The notes: a model not told the origin generated them from the letters alone. Positions 1 through 12,660 are shown, counted from the stretch's first letter. The stretch: DNA of 64,000 nucleotides from Octopus sinensis (GCF_006345805.1 NC_043005.1:85188001-85252000); one strand, 5' to 3'. A program made the numbers and translations.

Positions 1-382
1 ACATCCATGTTCCATGCTGGCGTTGGTTGAATGAATCGACAGGATTAGATGAGTCCAAGACCTGCTCCGATGTCTGCTTTGGTATGGCTTCTATGATTGG
101 ATACCCTTCCTAATATCAACCACTTTGCAACGTGTGCTGGGTGGCTTTTTTGATGTTACCAACATTTTTGAGATTGCTGTATGGTTCACAAGACTACAAA
201 CCCTGAGGAGAGGGCTTCATGCTAAGAGAAAAAGGGGTTAATGTCTGAAGAAGGGAGACAAAACAGGTTCTTGTGGAGTAGTTGCATGGCAATTAATATT
301 TACCTCCTTTACAAGAACCTGCTCTGTCAGCCTGTCTTTCATACTTTAACCCCTTATGTATATAATTAGATAATCATATAAA

Positions 383-625
383 TGCAGGTGTGGCTGTGTG
401 GTAAGGAGTTTGCTTTCAAGCCACATGATTCTAGGTTCAGTCTCACTGTATGTCACCTTGGGCAAATGTCTTTTAATATAGCCAAAGCCTGTTGTGTGTA
501 TGTATATATATATCTATGTATTTGTATCTTTGTGACTGTGCTTTTCCTTCACCCCCACCGTTTAACAACTGGTGTTGGTGTGTTTACATCCCTGTCACTC
601 TGGTTTAGCAAAAGAGACCAAAATA
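383..625 (+). mobile_element. tRNA-derived SINE, family A (CORE-like); partial copies also at 4565-4730(+), 8265-8430(-), 30585-30830(-), 45590-45800(-), 63560-63775(+)
   Basis: A box tggctgtgtgg, B box ggttcagtc, CORE-like accttgggcaa.tgtctt, internal (TG/TA)n. Resembles, from recall, the octopus OR-type SINEs. Confidence 0.75.
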
Positions 626-696
626 GATACATGCAGACACTGTAGGTTGAGAAACACATGCATGTTTGTGTACATACATATATCAGAAAGAGATAG

Positions 697-845
<149 letters not shown>

Positions 846-1028
846 GGTGGTCAATGAATTGGGTAAGAGATTGGGATGAAAAAAAGAGCAGTGACAGAAG
901 GCTGCTACTGCATTGCTGTTTGTCTTTATAAAACTAAACATCCTTCTGAAGGAAACTGAATGGAGAGAACTATTAAGTCATCCATATTACATACATAGAG
1001 AAGGAGTGAGTGAGAGAGAAGTAATGAG

Positions 1029-1059
<31 letters not shown>

Positions 1060-1062
<3 letters not shown>

Positions 1063-2322
1063 TCATCATCATCATCATCATCGTTGTTTAACGTCCGCTT
1101 TCCATGCTGGCATGGGTTGGACGATTTGACTGAGGACTGGCGAACCAGATAGCTGCACTAGGCTCCAATCTTGATTTGGCAGAGTTTCTACAGCTGGATG
1201 CCTTTCCTAACGCCAACCACTCCGAGAGTGTAGTGAGTGCTTTTACATGCCACCAGCACGAGGGCCAGTCAGGCAGTACTGGCAATGGCCATGAAAAAAT
1301 CGTGAAAAAAGTGCCAGTAAGGCGATGCTGGTAATGATCATGCTCAAATGGTGCTTTTTACATGCCACCGGCATGAACGCCAGTTAGCTGCTCTGGCAAT
1401 GATCATGCTCGGATGGTGCTCTTAGTGCTCCACTAGCACGGATGCCAGTCATCGAATTTGATTTCGATTCCGATTTCACTTGCTTCAACAGGTCTTTGCA
1501 AGCAGTGTCCATTGAAGGGAAGTTACGCATAAGTGGGCTGATTACACCCCTGGCTTAGGCTACAAGGTTATGGTCTCACTTGGCCTGCCGGGTCTTTTCA
1601 AGCACAGCATATTTCCAAAATTCTTGGTCACTGGTCATTGCCTCGGTGAGGCCTAATGTTTGAAGGTCGTGCTTCACCATCTCATCCCAGGTCTTCCTGA
1701 GTCTACCTCTTCCACAGTTTCCCTCAACTGCTAGGGTGTGACACTTTTTCACACAGCTATCCTCATCCATTCTCGCTACATGACCATACCAGTGCAGTCA
1801 TCTCTCTTCCACACCACATCTGATGCTTCTTAAGTCCAACTTTTCTCTCAAGGTACATACAATCTGTTGAGTATGCACACTGACATTACACATACAGTGG
1901 AGCATACTGGCTTCATTCCTTGCGAGCTTACACATATCCTCAGCAGTCACGGCCCATGTTTCACAGCCATATAGCATGGCTATTCGTACGCATGCGTTAT
2001 ACAGTCTACCTTTTACTCTGAGCGAGAGGCCCTTTGTCACCAGCAGAGGTAAGAGCTCTATGAACTTTGCCCAGGCTATTCTTATTCTAGCAGCTACACT
2101 TTCAGCGCACCCTCCCCTGCTACTGACTTGGTTACCTAGGTAATGGAAGCTATCAACTACTTCTAGTTTTTCTCCCTGGAATGTGACAGAAGTTGTTCTC
2201 TGGCCATTTTCAGTGTTTATTGCTCCTGAGCATCTGCCGCATACCAAAACTTCCCAGTTAGCCTTCCTTTGATATTGCTGCATCTCTTATGTGTCCATAG
2301 CTTACACTGGGTACATCTACAG
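1060..2322 (-). mobile_element. RTE-clade LINE, 5'-truncated and degraded
   Basis: Fragments LEVVDSFHYLG, RIRIAWAKF, LYGCETW, VEGNCGRGRLRKTW; repeat-containing 3' UTR; (GAT)n tail at 1060-1083. Confidence 0.9.
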
Positions 2323-2373
2323 TAGAGGGTACATCATATATATATATACATAATACATATACATATATATATA

Positions 2374-2413
<40 letters not shown>

Positions 2414-2799
2414 TATATAAAATGGAATAATTACTAATGAAGCATTGTTAAAATATATTGTATAAAGGATCATGGGTAAGTCCAAAACAGTGTTAAGTAA
2501 AAGCAAGGCAAATCACAAGAAAACAAATATATGAATTAATATAGAAGAGTGTTTATTATTATGAATAAATCATGATTATAACAGAGAGGGTTGCAAAAAC
2601 CTTTACATGTTTAGAAATAGCAGTCAAAAACCACTATCAAGCCACAATTTTTACTCATATTATATCTCCACGCAATAAAACTATTTGCGAGTAACATGAG
2701 ACATAAAATCCACAATTTAAAGATAAAAGGCTAATTCTTTATTGCAATTTCGAGGTTAGTAACCTATTATATCATATATTCTGTATCGTAAAATAACGG

Positions 2800-3491
2800 A
2801 ATGATCATGTGTTGTGAATGAATGAGGACAGCTGTGAGAAAAAGTTTCACACCCTAGCAGTTGAGGGAACCTGTGGAAGAGGAAAACCTGGGATGAGGTG
2901 GTGAAGCGTGACCTTCAAACATTGAGCCTTACTGAGGCAATGACTAGATCTTTGGAGATATGCTGTGCTTGAGAAGACCTGATAAGCCAAGTGAGGCCAT
3001 AGCCTGTGACCTATGCCAGTGGGTGTAACCAGCCCACATACGAATACCTCTCATTCATTGGACAATAAACTTCACTTGCGAAGACCTTTTGAGGCAAGTG
3101 AAATCAAATCAATATCTCTGACGTGGCTGATGACAGTACCGCCTGATTGGCACTCATGCCTGTGGAACATTAAAAGCACATCTGAGCGTGATTGTTGCCA
3201 GGGCCATGGATTGGCTTCCATGCTAGTGGCAGATAAAAAGCACTATTCGAGCATGACTGTTGCCAGAACTGCCTGACTGGACCTCATTTCAATGGCACGT
3301 AGAAGCACCCACTACACTCTTGGAGTGGTTGGCATTAGGAAGAGCTTCCAGCTGTAGAAACTCTGCCAGATCAGATAGAGCCTGGTGCAGCCTCCTGGCT
3401 TGCAAGTCCTTAGTCAAACCATTCAACCCATGCCAGCATGGAAAGTGGACATTAAACGATGATGATGATGATGATGATAATGATGATGATG
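2800..3491 (+). mobile_element. RTE LINE 3' fragment
   Basis: Homologous to 1060-1790 in the opposite orientation; ends catggaaagtggacattaaac(gat)n. Confidence 0.85.
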
Positions 3492-3934
3492 AACAATTCC
3501 ATTCGTCTCCTCAGGAATAAATGTATATAATTATAATACAAGGTACACAAAGCACCAGCTTGCTAGAAAGGAGAGTCAAAATCCTCAACTCATCCACCAA
3601 TTGCAATGAAAATATGTAAAGGACCAACAGAAATCGGGCAAAGGAGCAAAATTTGAGGTAACAGATACACCTGGATCATGATTTCAAATACTGGCCAGTA
3701 CCTTAGTTCTCATTAGCAGCTCTTGCTCATTAGCAGCTCTAACATAAAAAATCCAGCTTGCTTCGCTGGAATCTGCTATGTTTTGAAAAGCCCCATGCTA
3801 AATTCAAAATAATTTCAGTACATAATATATATCTCATTGTATGTATTTATTGTATAGCTATTTAATGCCATTTATTGCTTGGTACCACTAATATTATTAC
3901 AGATATTATTATCACTTATTTAGCTTTATTGCTG

Positions 3935-4076
3935 ATTATAATGATAATAATTTTGATAATAATAATGATGATAATGATGATAATAATAATAATAATAATA
4001 ATAATAATTAATAATAATAATAATAAAATAATAATAATAATGATAATAATGATAATATAATAATAATATAATAATA

Positions 4077-4121
<45 letters not shown>

Positions 4122-4140
4122 GATAATAAGGATAATAATT
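3935..4140. repeat. (TAA)n microsatellite; others at 6647-6765, 9158-9420, 9968-10135, 20658-20733, 22380-22480, 34685-34857, 35402-35580
   Basis: Directly visible. Confidence 0.95.
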
Positions 4141-4174
4141 ACTCATTTATATATATATATTTGACTTGATTTAG

Positions 4175-4359
4175 TTCAGCTCATCAGTTGTGGTCATGCT
4201 GGGGCACTACCATTTGGTGTTGCTACATAATTTTTACTTCACTAATTCTTTTTAGAAATTGATTTTGGTGCATCAATTTCTAAAAAGAATTAGTGAAGTA
4301 AAATTATGTAGCAACACCAAATGGCAGTGCCCCAGCATGACCACAGCTCATGAGCTGAA
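4175..4359. repeat. Fold-back inverted repeat, arms of about 88 bp, 8-nt loop
   Basis: 4175-4263 vs 4272-4359 with few mismatches; flanked by short tandem tails and (TA)n. Confidence 0.95.
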
Positions 4360-4863
4360 ACTTGATCAAATGAAATGAAATCAATATATAATATATATAT
4401 ATATATGACTGGTAGTGCCCCAGCATGGCGAAATCCTGAGAGCTGAAACATATAAAAGAATACACACACATATACGTATACAAATGAATACTATAAGATG
4501 TAGATTCAGAGAATTATGTGATTGTCACAAAAAGTTTAGAAGGTTGCGAAACAGATGTAATCACATGAGGTATGGCTGTGTGCTTAGGAAGATTGCCTCT
4601 CAACCACATGGTTTTAGGTTCAGTCCAGTGTGTAGCACCTTGGTCAAATGCCTTCTGCTATAACCTCACGCTGACTGAAGCCTTGTGATTGAATTTGTTG
4701 GGGTGGAAGTTCCTGTTGTGTGTGTGTACATGTATGTAAAAGTGCTCGTGCCTCCTAACAAAGAGGAGGGAAGTCACGTTTGGTTAAATAAATCGATATC
4801 TTTCTCATACCTTCTAACATTATGTTTATACATATATACATATATATATATATGCACATATAC

Positions 4864-4907
<44 letters not shown>

Positions 4908-4991
4908 TATATATATAATATGTATGTATGTATAGTATATATATATATATGTTATATATTATATATATATGTATGTAATATATGTATATAT

Positions 4992-5035
<44 letters not shown>

Positions 5036-5134
5036 TCTGGAGATATGTGTATCCAGGTCAGCTAAATCAGGATGACAGAATGTGACATATTACATTTGAA
5101 ATACATATAATAAGTTTGAGTTCAGGGAGAAATA

Positions 5135-5172
<38 letters not shown>

Positions 5173-6221
5173 GAAGCATAGTTCTCAATATTTATCACTG
5201 TATTGACCAAACTACTGGATGTTGTTACACACATTGGGTCGCAATGCACACACTTGTCGTCAAATGATGCTAACTGCTGCCTGGCTCAGCTGGCCAACAT
5301 TATTTAATGAGCCTGAAAATATATAAGAGGCAAAGTTAACCTTGACAGTACTTGAACTTAGATTACAGAAAACCAGAACAAACAGCACAATCCATTTTTC
5401 ATGATGCAGAAACAATTCTGTCATTTCATCAGCATCTTTCTCCGTTGCGTGTCCTATGATCAAATATTGATTTCTAACATTAATACAAGGCCAGATAATT
5501 TATAGGTGATAATAATTGATTATATATTAGCACCTGTACTTGACTGTGGCCCCAGGTTGGTAATAAAGACTTACATAGCAATATTTCAACTCTGAAGAAG
5601 TAAAAAACTCTCATATTACTTTACTTATTTATGATGGGCCATCAAAGGCGATAAGAGCATCAATCTAAGAACTTCATCCTCCTCTGCCTCTGGCACATTC
5701 TTTTTCATGGGACAAGACGTGACTGACAAGACTGATATGAGACAGGCAGATTCTGTGGAGCTGAGAGCAGTGAAAATGACCCTGATAACAGCTGCAAGGA
5801 GAGGGATGACGGGCCCTACTCTTTTCAAGCAATCTCTTGCATTTGGTTTGAAAGCCTTCATCTCTTGTAACACAAATTCTGCTGATGTACGCCTGTTTTC
5901 CACCCCAATAAATGCTTCTAATTTAGGCATAAGTCCAGCATCGACCCCAGTATCTGACTGGTATTTTCCTTTATTAGCCTCGAAAGGATAAGTAACACTG
6001 ATCTTGGTTGCATTTCAACTCAAACTTCAGAACAGTGAAGTATTTTTTTCTGACACTCTACCCAGAACCATGTGGTTGGGAAGCATATTTCATTCCACAC
6101 AACCACAATGGGGACGAAATCACTTTGTGTCTAAAACTTGTTCTATTTTCATTCAAAAAAATAGGTAAACTTTTGGGGCAACCAACTATTAAAATCAATC
6201 AGTCAGTTCCCATCTGTCGTC

Positions 6222-6457
6222 AAGGCGGCGAGCTGGCAGAATCATTAGCACGCCGGGCGAAATGCTTAGCGGTATTTCATCTGCCGCTATGTTCTGAGTT
6301 CAAATTCTGCCGAGGTCGACTTTACCTTTCATCCTTTCGGGGTCGATAAATTAAGTACCAGTTACGCACTGTGGGCCAATGTAATCGACTTAATCCCTTT
6401 GTCTTTCCTTGTTTGTCCCTTCTATGTTTAGCCCCTTGTGGGCAATAAAGAAATAAG
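6222..6457 (+). mobile_element. tRNA-like SINE, family B; copies at about 5940-6030(-), 7695-7910(+), 34110-34257(-), 43640-43800(-), 59957-60105(-), 63825-64000(+)
   Basis: ggcggcgagctggcagaatc...gagttcaaattc (B-box-like)...gtcgactttgcctttcatcctttcggggtcgataaattaagtaccag...ccccttgtggg.aataaagaaata. Confidence 0.8.
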
Positions 6458-6651
6458 AAACCGGAAGAAGCTTGTCTTCTGTGTGTGTGTGTGTGCATGT
6501 GTATTTGTCTTTTGACATCATGCAATCATTGTAAATGAGTGTCACCATCATACAAGCAATGTGATTCATTTTTCAATCTTCCATGAAAAACATGTCTGGC
6601 TAGGGAGTAGTATTACCTTATTTGGCCCTGGGCCTAAATTTAAAACCATTA

Positions 6652-6692
<41 letters not shown>

Positions 6693-6699
6693 GTCATTG

Positions 6700-6741
<42 letters not shown>

Positions 6742-6766
6742 CCATCGTTATTATTATTATTATTAT

Positions 6767-7092
6767 CCTCTTCTTTCCATTTTGTTACCATTTCCTGCCG
6801 AATGTCTTCAGGACACCTATGGCAAAGAAACTCACTGTATACATTGCTAGGTCATTATAATAAAGACACCAGATTGTTCATTTACAAAGTCATGTGATAG
6901 AAAAAAAAACAAAAGAGGTAGGAAGACAAAGGAAAGAAGGAAAAACAAGAAAAAAAGGAAAAAAAAAGGAAAATAAAGAAAATAATGAGTAAAAAGGAAA
7001 GAAGATTCACAGTGAAAATGCTCTTCTCAGTATGTGTGACCATCACCAGTTAAGACAATCTTTTGCACTTCCTGCATGAATGGTAAGCCAGA
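6767..7092 (-). mobile_element. Short R4/Dong 3' end
   Basis: Homologous to 9430-9675 (QEVQKIVLTG and 3' UTR), next to (TTA)n/(TCA)n. Confidence 0.7.
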
Positions 7093-7093
7093 G

Positions 7094-7128
<35 letters not shown>

Positions 7129-7670
7129 TGATTAACATCTGCTTTCCATCTGGTATGGGTTGGACGGTTTGACTGAGGACTGGCAAGCCAGAAGGCTGCA
7201 CCAGGCTCCAATCTAAATGTGGAATGTTTTTACAGCTGGATGCCCTTCCTAATGCCAACTACTCCGAGAGTGTAGTGGATGCTTTTTACATGCCACCAGC
7301 ACAGGGGTCAATCAGGCAGTACTGGTATCAGCCAAGTTTGGATGCTGCTTTTTATGTGCCACTGGCACAGAAGCCAGTCAGGTAGTACTGGCATTGGCCA
7401 CACTTGAATGGTGCTTCCTATGTGCTGCCGCAGGCATGGAAGCCAGTCAGGCGGCACTGGCAACAACCATGCTTGAATGGTGTTTTTTATGTACTGCCTG
7501 CACAGGAGTCAGTCAGGCAGTACTGGCATCAGCCATGCTTGAATGGTGCTTTTTATGTGCCACCAGCACAGGAGCCCATAAAGCAGCACTGGCAACGACC
7601 ACGCTCGAATGGTACCTTTTACATACCACCAGCACGGGTGCCAATTAGGTGGTACTGTCATCAGCCACAA
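7094..7670 (-). mobile_element. RTE 3' UTR fragment with about 7 tandem 60-bp units
   Basis: (CAT)n, then the conserved RTE 3' end, then repeated ttttatgtgccacc.gcac.ggagccagtcaggc.gtactggca units. Confidence 0.85.
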
Positions 7671-8487
7671 TCATCCTCAAATAATTTTCTGAGTCGGTGA
7701 GCTGGAGCTGACAGAATCACTGATCAAAATGCTTAACATCATTTCGTCTATCTTTATGTTCTGAGTTCAAATTCCTCCACGGTCGACTTTGCTTTTTGTT
7801 CTTTCAGGGTCAACAAAAAAAGTACCAGGTATGCACTGGGATTGATATAATCAACTTGTCCCCTTTTCTGCAATTGCTGGCTTAGTGCCGAAATTTGAGA
7901 CCAATATTACTTTACTTGGAAAGACTTGAGGGCTTGCGACAGTTGTAGAAAATATTTGCCTCGATGAATTCTAGGAGACTGATGCAGTCAAGGGAGAGTG
8001 AATGTTAAACAATGATGATGGTGTGACGAAAATTCAATCGTTTAATGTCCAGCTTTGTGATGAGAGAACTTGGTCGAATGTCTTTATGCATCATTTACAA
8101 TTAGGCTGTCTGTCAATATATGATTATATATGTCCAACCCTTGCCAGCAAGCAAAATGGACGTTAAGTGATGAAGATGATGATGATGATGATATGTTGTG
8201 CTTTGGGTAGAGGAAGGGAGTGGAAGAGGAGGAGCACAGACACAAACACAAACTCACACACACACACACATGATGGGCTTCTTGCTGTTTCTTTCTACCA
8301 AATCCACTCACAAGGCTTTGATCAGCCTGAGGCTATATTTGAAGACATTTGCCCAAGGTGCTACACAGTGGGTCTGAACCCAGAACCATGTGGTTGGGAA
8401 GCAAACTTCTTACCACACAGCCATGCCTGTACCAAAAATCACACCTGTGATAAATGTTTCCAAATGACCACTACACTATATGCTCAT

Positions 8488-8784
8488 GAGCATATGGCAT
8501 AGTGGTTAAGAGCACAGGCTACTAACCTCAAGATTCCAAGTTCGATTCCAAGCAGTGATCTGAACAATAACAATAATAGTAACAACAACAACAACAACAA
8601 TAACATCGAAAAATACCTTAGGAATGAGAACCTAGGTTCGAAATTTCCCCAAGACACCTGAAGAAGGCTGGAGGGTATATCAACCGAAATGTTGTGTTAA
8701 ACAAGACAAGGACAAATGTATTAACAACAAACAAGATGATGACAAATATCTGTCGAATGTAAATAATGTAAATAATGTAAATAA
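8488..8784 (+). mobile_element. tRNA-headed SINE-like element carrying a hammerhead ribozyme
   Basis: A box TGGCATAGTGG (8495-8505), anticodon-like arm agg-ctactaa-cct, B box GTTCGATTCC (8540-8549), (AAC/AAT)n spacer, hammerhead at 8654-8697, tail (TGTAAATAA)x3. Confidence 0.7.
8654..8697 (+). ncRNA. Type I hammerhead ribozyme motif
   Basis: acac-CTGAAGA-a-ggctg gagggtatat caacc-GAAA-tg-TT-gtgt. Stem I acac/gtgt, stem II ggctg/caacc with one mismatch, stem III ATGT (probably decayed ACGT). Confidence 0.7.
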
Positions 8785-9189
8785 AGTCTTATTCGGTACT
8801 TCACCTTTTCTACTAATTCTGTCTCTCCCTGCCTTTATTTTCTCAGAAATTTCGTAGAGAAATGACCTTGGAACCCAGGGAATAAAATGGCTTTTGAGTT
8901 TGGGTTGCTCTCAGCCCCGTCACATGGCAGTTGTAATTAATTATAATAATTATAATTAATAACAGCAAGTCTAACAATGCTGCATAGATACTAAAAGTGA
9001 AGGAGACAAAGGGCTGATTTAATCGACCTTCCTGCTTTGTAGGGATAAATTAGATCGAACTAATAGGGCTGAAAGGTAAAAAAATCAATGACACCATTCA
9101 TAATGTTAATAACAAAAGAAATAACGAAACAGCAATAGTAATGATCATCGGTTTTATCTAATAATAATAATAACAATAATAACAACAAC

Positions 9190-9233
<44 letters not shown>

Positions 9234-9302
9234 TGATGATGATAAGATTAATAATAATAATGATGATAATAATAATAATGATAATTATTATTATTATTAT
9301 TG

Positions 9303-9355
<53 letters not shown>

Positions 9356-9420
9356 GCTATTATTGCTATTATTATTAGTATTATCATCATTATCATTATT
9401 ATAATTATTATTATTGTTAT

Positions 9421-9967
9421 CTTTTTTTTTCTTCTTCTTTCAAATTTGCTTCCATTTCTTGCCGAGTGTCTTCCCGACTCCTAGGGCAACGAAACTCATA
9501 GTATACATTGGTAGGCCATTAAACTAAACTGACTAGTTCGTTCATTTTTTTTTAAAGTTAAATTAAAATACATGGGTAGCAATAGTTCTCACATCGACAA
9601 TGCTCTTCTCAATACATGTGATGTACCAGTTAAGACAATCTTTTGCACTTCTTGCAGGGATGGTAAGCCAGGGATCATTCTCATATAATTTTCGGTTCCC
9701 TCCTTGATCATTCCTAATGCTCCTACGATCACTGGTATTGTAACTGCCTTGAGATGCCACATTTTCTCAATTTCAATGAGCAGGTTTTTATATTTTCTGA
9801 GCTTGTCAAACTCTTTCGCCGTGATATTATGATCACAGGGGATGCTCATGTTGATCAATAAGCAAACTTTATTGTTTTGGTCTTTCACAACAATATCCGG
9901 TTGATTGGCTTTGATGGTTCGGTCTGTATGTACTGGAAAGTCCCACAGAATCGTTACATTTTCTTCT
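9421..9967 (-). mobile_element. R4/Dong-clade non-LTR retrotransposon 3' fragment (restriction-like endonuclease)
   Basis: ILWDFPVHTDRTIKANQPDIVVKD...KYKNLLIEIEKMW...PVIVGALG...VQKIVLTGTSHVLRR, embedded between (TAA)n/(TTA)n arrays. Confidence 0.85.
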
Positions 9968-9968
9968 A

Positions 9969-10013
<45 letters not shown>

Positions 10014-10424
10014 GCTATTATTATTATTATTGTTATTGCTATTATTGTTATTATTATTAGTATTATCATCATCATTATCATCATTATTATCATTATTATT
10101 ATTATAGCCACCATCATCATCATCATTATCATCATTTAATGTGCCGCTTTCCGTACTGGCATGGGTTGTACAGTTTGATTGAGGGCTGGCAAGCCAGAAG
10201 GCTGCACCAGGCTCCAATTTAATCTGGCAAAGTTCCTACACCCGGATGCCCTTCCTAACGCCAACTACTCTGAGAGTGTCATAGGTGCTTTATATGTGAC
10301 ACCGCCACGAGGGCCAGACAGGGCCAGTCATATGTATATGTATATAAACATATATTCTGTGTGTGTATATACATATGTGTATATGTATACATACACACAC
10401 ATGCACACACACACATACACATAT

Positions 10425-10785
10425 TCTTTTATTCTTTTACATCTTTCAGTCATTTGACTGTGGCCATGCTGGAGAATTGCCTTTAGTTGAACGTATTGAC
10501 CCCAGGACTTATTGTTTGTAAGCCTAGTACTTAATCTAGCAGTCACTTTTGCTGAACCACTAAGTTACAGGAACATATGCACACCGATATCGGTTGTCAA
10601 GAAATGGTGGGTGGACAAACACAAATACAAATACACACACACACACACACATATACGTCTACCAAATCCACTCACAAGGCTTTGGTTGGCCGAGGCTATA
10701 CTAAAGGACACTTACCCAAGGTACCATGTAGTGGGACTGAACCCCGAGTCATGTGGCTGGTAAGCAAACTTCTTACTATACAGCA
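10425..10785 (-). mobile_element. SINE family A, near full length
   Basis: tRNA head, CORE-like body, tail tccagcatggccacagtcaaatgactgaaa plus an A-rich repeat. Confidence 0.8.
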
Positions 10786-10786
10786 A

Positions 10787-10791
10787 TATAC

Positions 10792-10836
<45 letters not shown>

Positions 10837-10845
10837 GTATGTATA

Positions 10846-10886
<41 letters not shown>

Positions 10887-11011
10887 TGTATATATATATA
10901 TATAAATATATATATAGCTAGCATGGAAAGCGGACGCTAAATGATGATGATGATGATGATGATATATATATATGTATGTATATACGTATATATATAAACA
11001 CATATATACAT

Positions 11012-11059
<48 letters not shown>

Positions 11060-11124
11060 TGTATATATGTATGTATTTGTATATATGTGTATGTATGTAT
11101 ATATATATATATGTATATATATGT

Positions 11125-11168
<44 letters not shown>

Positions 11169-11170
11169 GT

Positions 11171-11202
<32 letters not shown>

Positions 11203-11204
11203 TT

Positions 11205-11248
<44 letters not shown>

Positions 11249-11577
11249 TATAAATATATATATATATGTATTTGCATGCGTATCTAATGCACATGTAACT
11301 TGTATTCTTTCAAGTGATTACTGCTGTTCACACACATGTATGTTAATTTATGTCAGTTAAATAGAAATAAGTTAGTTGGCCTGTGACATTGTCCACTCAG
11401 GCTTTACATGATACTAAGGAATACAGACAGCTGCAGTGAGGATTTTAAAGGGATTTCTTTCTCAAATCCTTTACATAAGTATATATAAATATTTATATAT
11501 CTATATTTGCATATACATACACACATATACATGTATGTGTATACATATGTTTATCTGTCTATGCATACATAAATATT

Positions 11578-11641
<64 letters not shown>

Positions 11642-12010
11642 AATATATATATATATACACACACACACATATATATATATGTATATATATGTATACATAC
11701 ATACATGTATATATATGCATGCAAATGTATATACACATAAATGCATACATAAAATATACATTCATAAATACATGAATATACACATACGTATATGTACACA
11801 CATATATACATATACACATACAGATATATACACACACACACACACATATGCACACACATACATACATATATTCACCTATACATACACATCCATGCACATA
11901 CATTCTCATATGTACACAAACACACACGTATATATATATATATAAACAAAAACACACATGCATATACATACACACATACACACACACACGTGCACACACA
12001 CACACACATG
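10787..12010. repeat. Large compound (TA)n/(TATG)n/(CA)n microsatellite field; similar fields at 4825-5033, 19590-19880, 23200-23640, 36840-37300, 47085-47400, 53845-54600
   Basis: Directly visible; source of the YIYI-type ORFs. Confidence 0.95.
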
Positions 12011-12660
12011 CAAATACTCACACTCATGTTTACTCTTCTATGCATGTAATGCCTTTAATCACAAAGGGCTTTCATACATGTTGAAACAAGAGCAGTTTTC
12101 GTTTGCTCACAAAACAAAAATAAAAAGCAAACACAAAAATACAAGAAAAAAAACCAGTTCCGTGAAAATGGGCTGACAGATTCCATGGGTGGACTTGTAG
12201 GGGGTGGAATGCCAATGTATTCAACCATATGCGCTTAACTTTATGTGGTTCGGTAGCCGCGTAATTCTGCAATTGTGTCAGTATATGATACAGCTTCCAT
12301 ATAACTCTTATGTGTATGTGACTGTGTGTTTATATATATATATATGTGTGTGAGTGTATGTGTATATGTTTGTAGGTATATTTCTTTCTCGTGATAAAGC
12401 AACGATTATGCGGGTGCATTCACCGGTAACAAAATACAGAGGAGGTGTTTTTTAATGTTTGATGTGTCGATAATATATATATTTATGGCTTCCTTTACTC
12501 ATATAGATTATCACGTGTGTGCGTGTGTGTGTGTGTGTGTATGTCTGAAGGTTGCATGTGTAGAAAATATCGACTGTTTTGGCTGTAGGTGTATATGTGT
12601 TTGTGTGTATGTGTGTTTATATTATCACTGTGAACCATTGTGTATGTGTATTTGTATGTA

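Noticed and set aside
383-460. tRNA genes (also 8488-8560, 28360-28435, 41310-41385)
   Set aside because: A and B boxes are present, but acceptor stems are not formed and each runs into a repeat body; these are SINE heads.
4170-4195. CTGATGA-gct-GAA on the - strand as a hammerhead
   Set aside because: There is no stem II, and the other arm reads ctcatga, part of a simple 3' stem-loop; this is a point-mutation coincidence.
10577-12084. Many ORFs rich in YI/CV/HT, and poly-I, -N, -D, -S, -H ORFs throughout the window
   Set aside because: They are translations of (TA)n, (CA)n, (TAA)n, (GAT)n and (AGT)n microsatellites, which lack stops in some frames.
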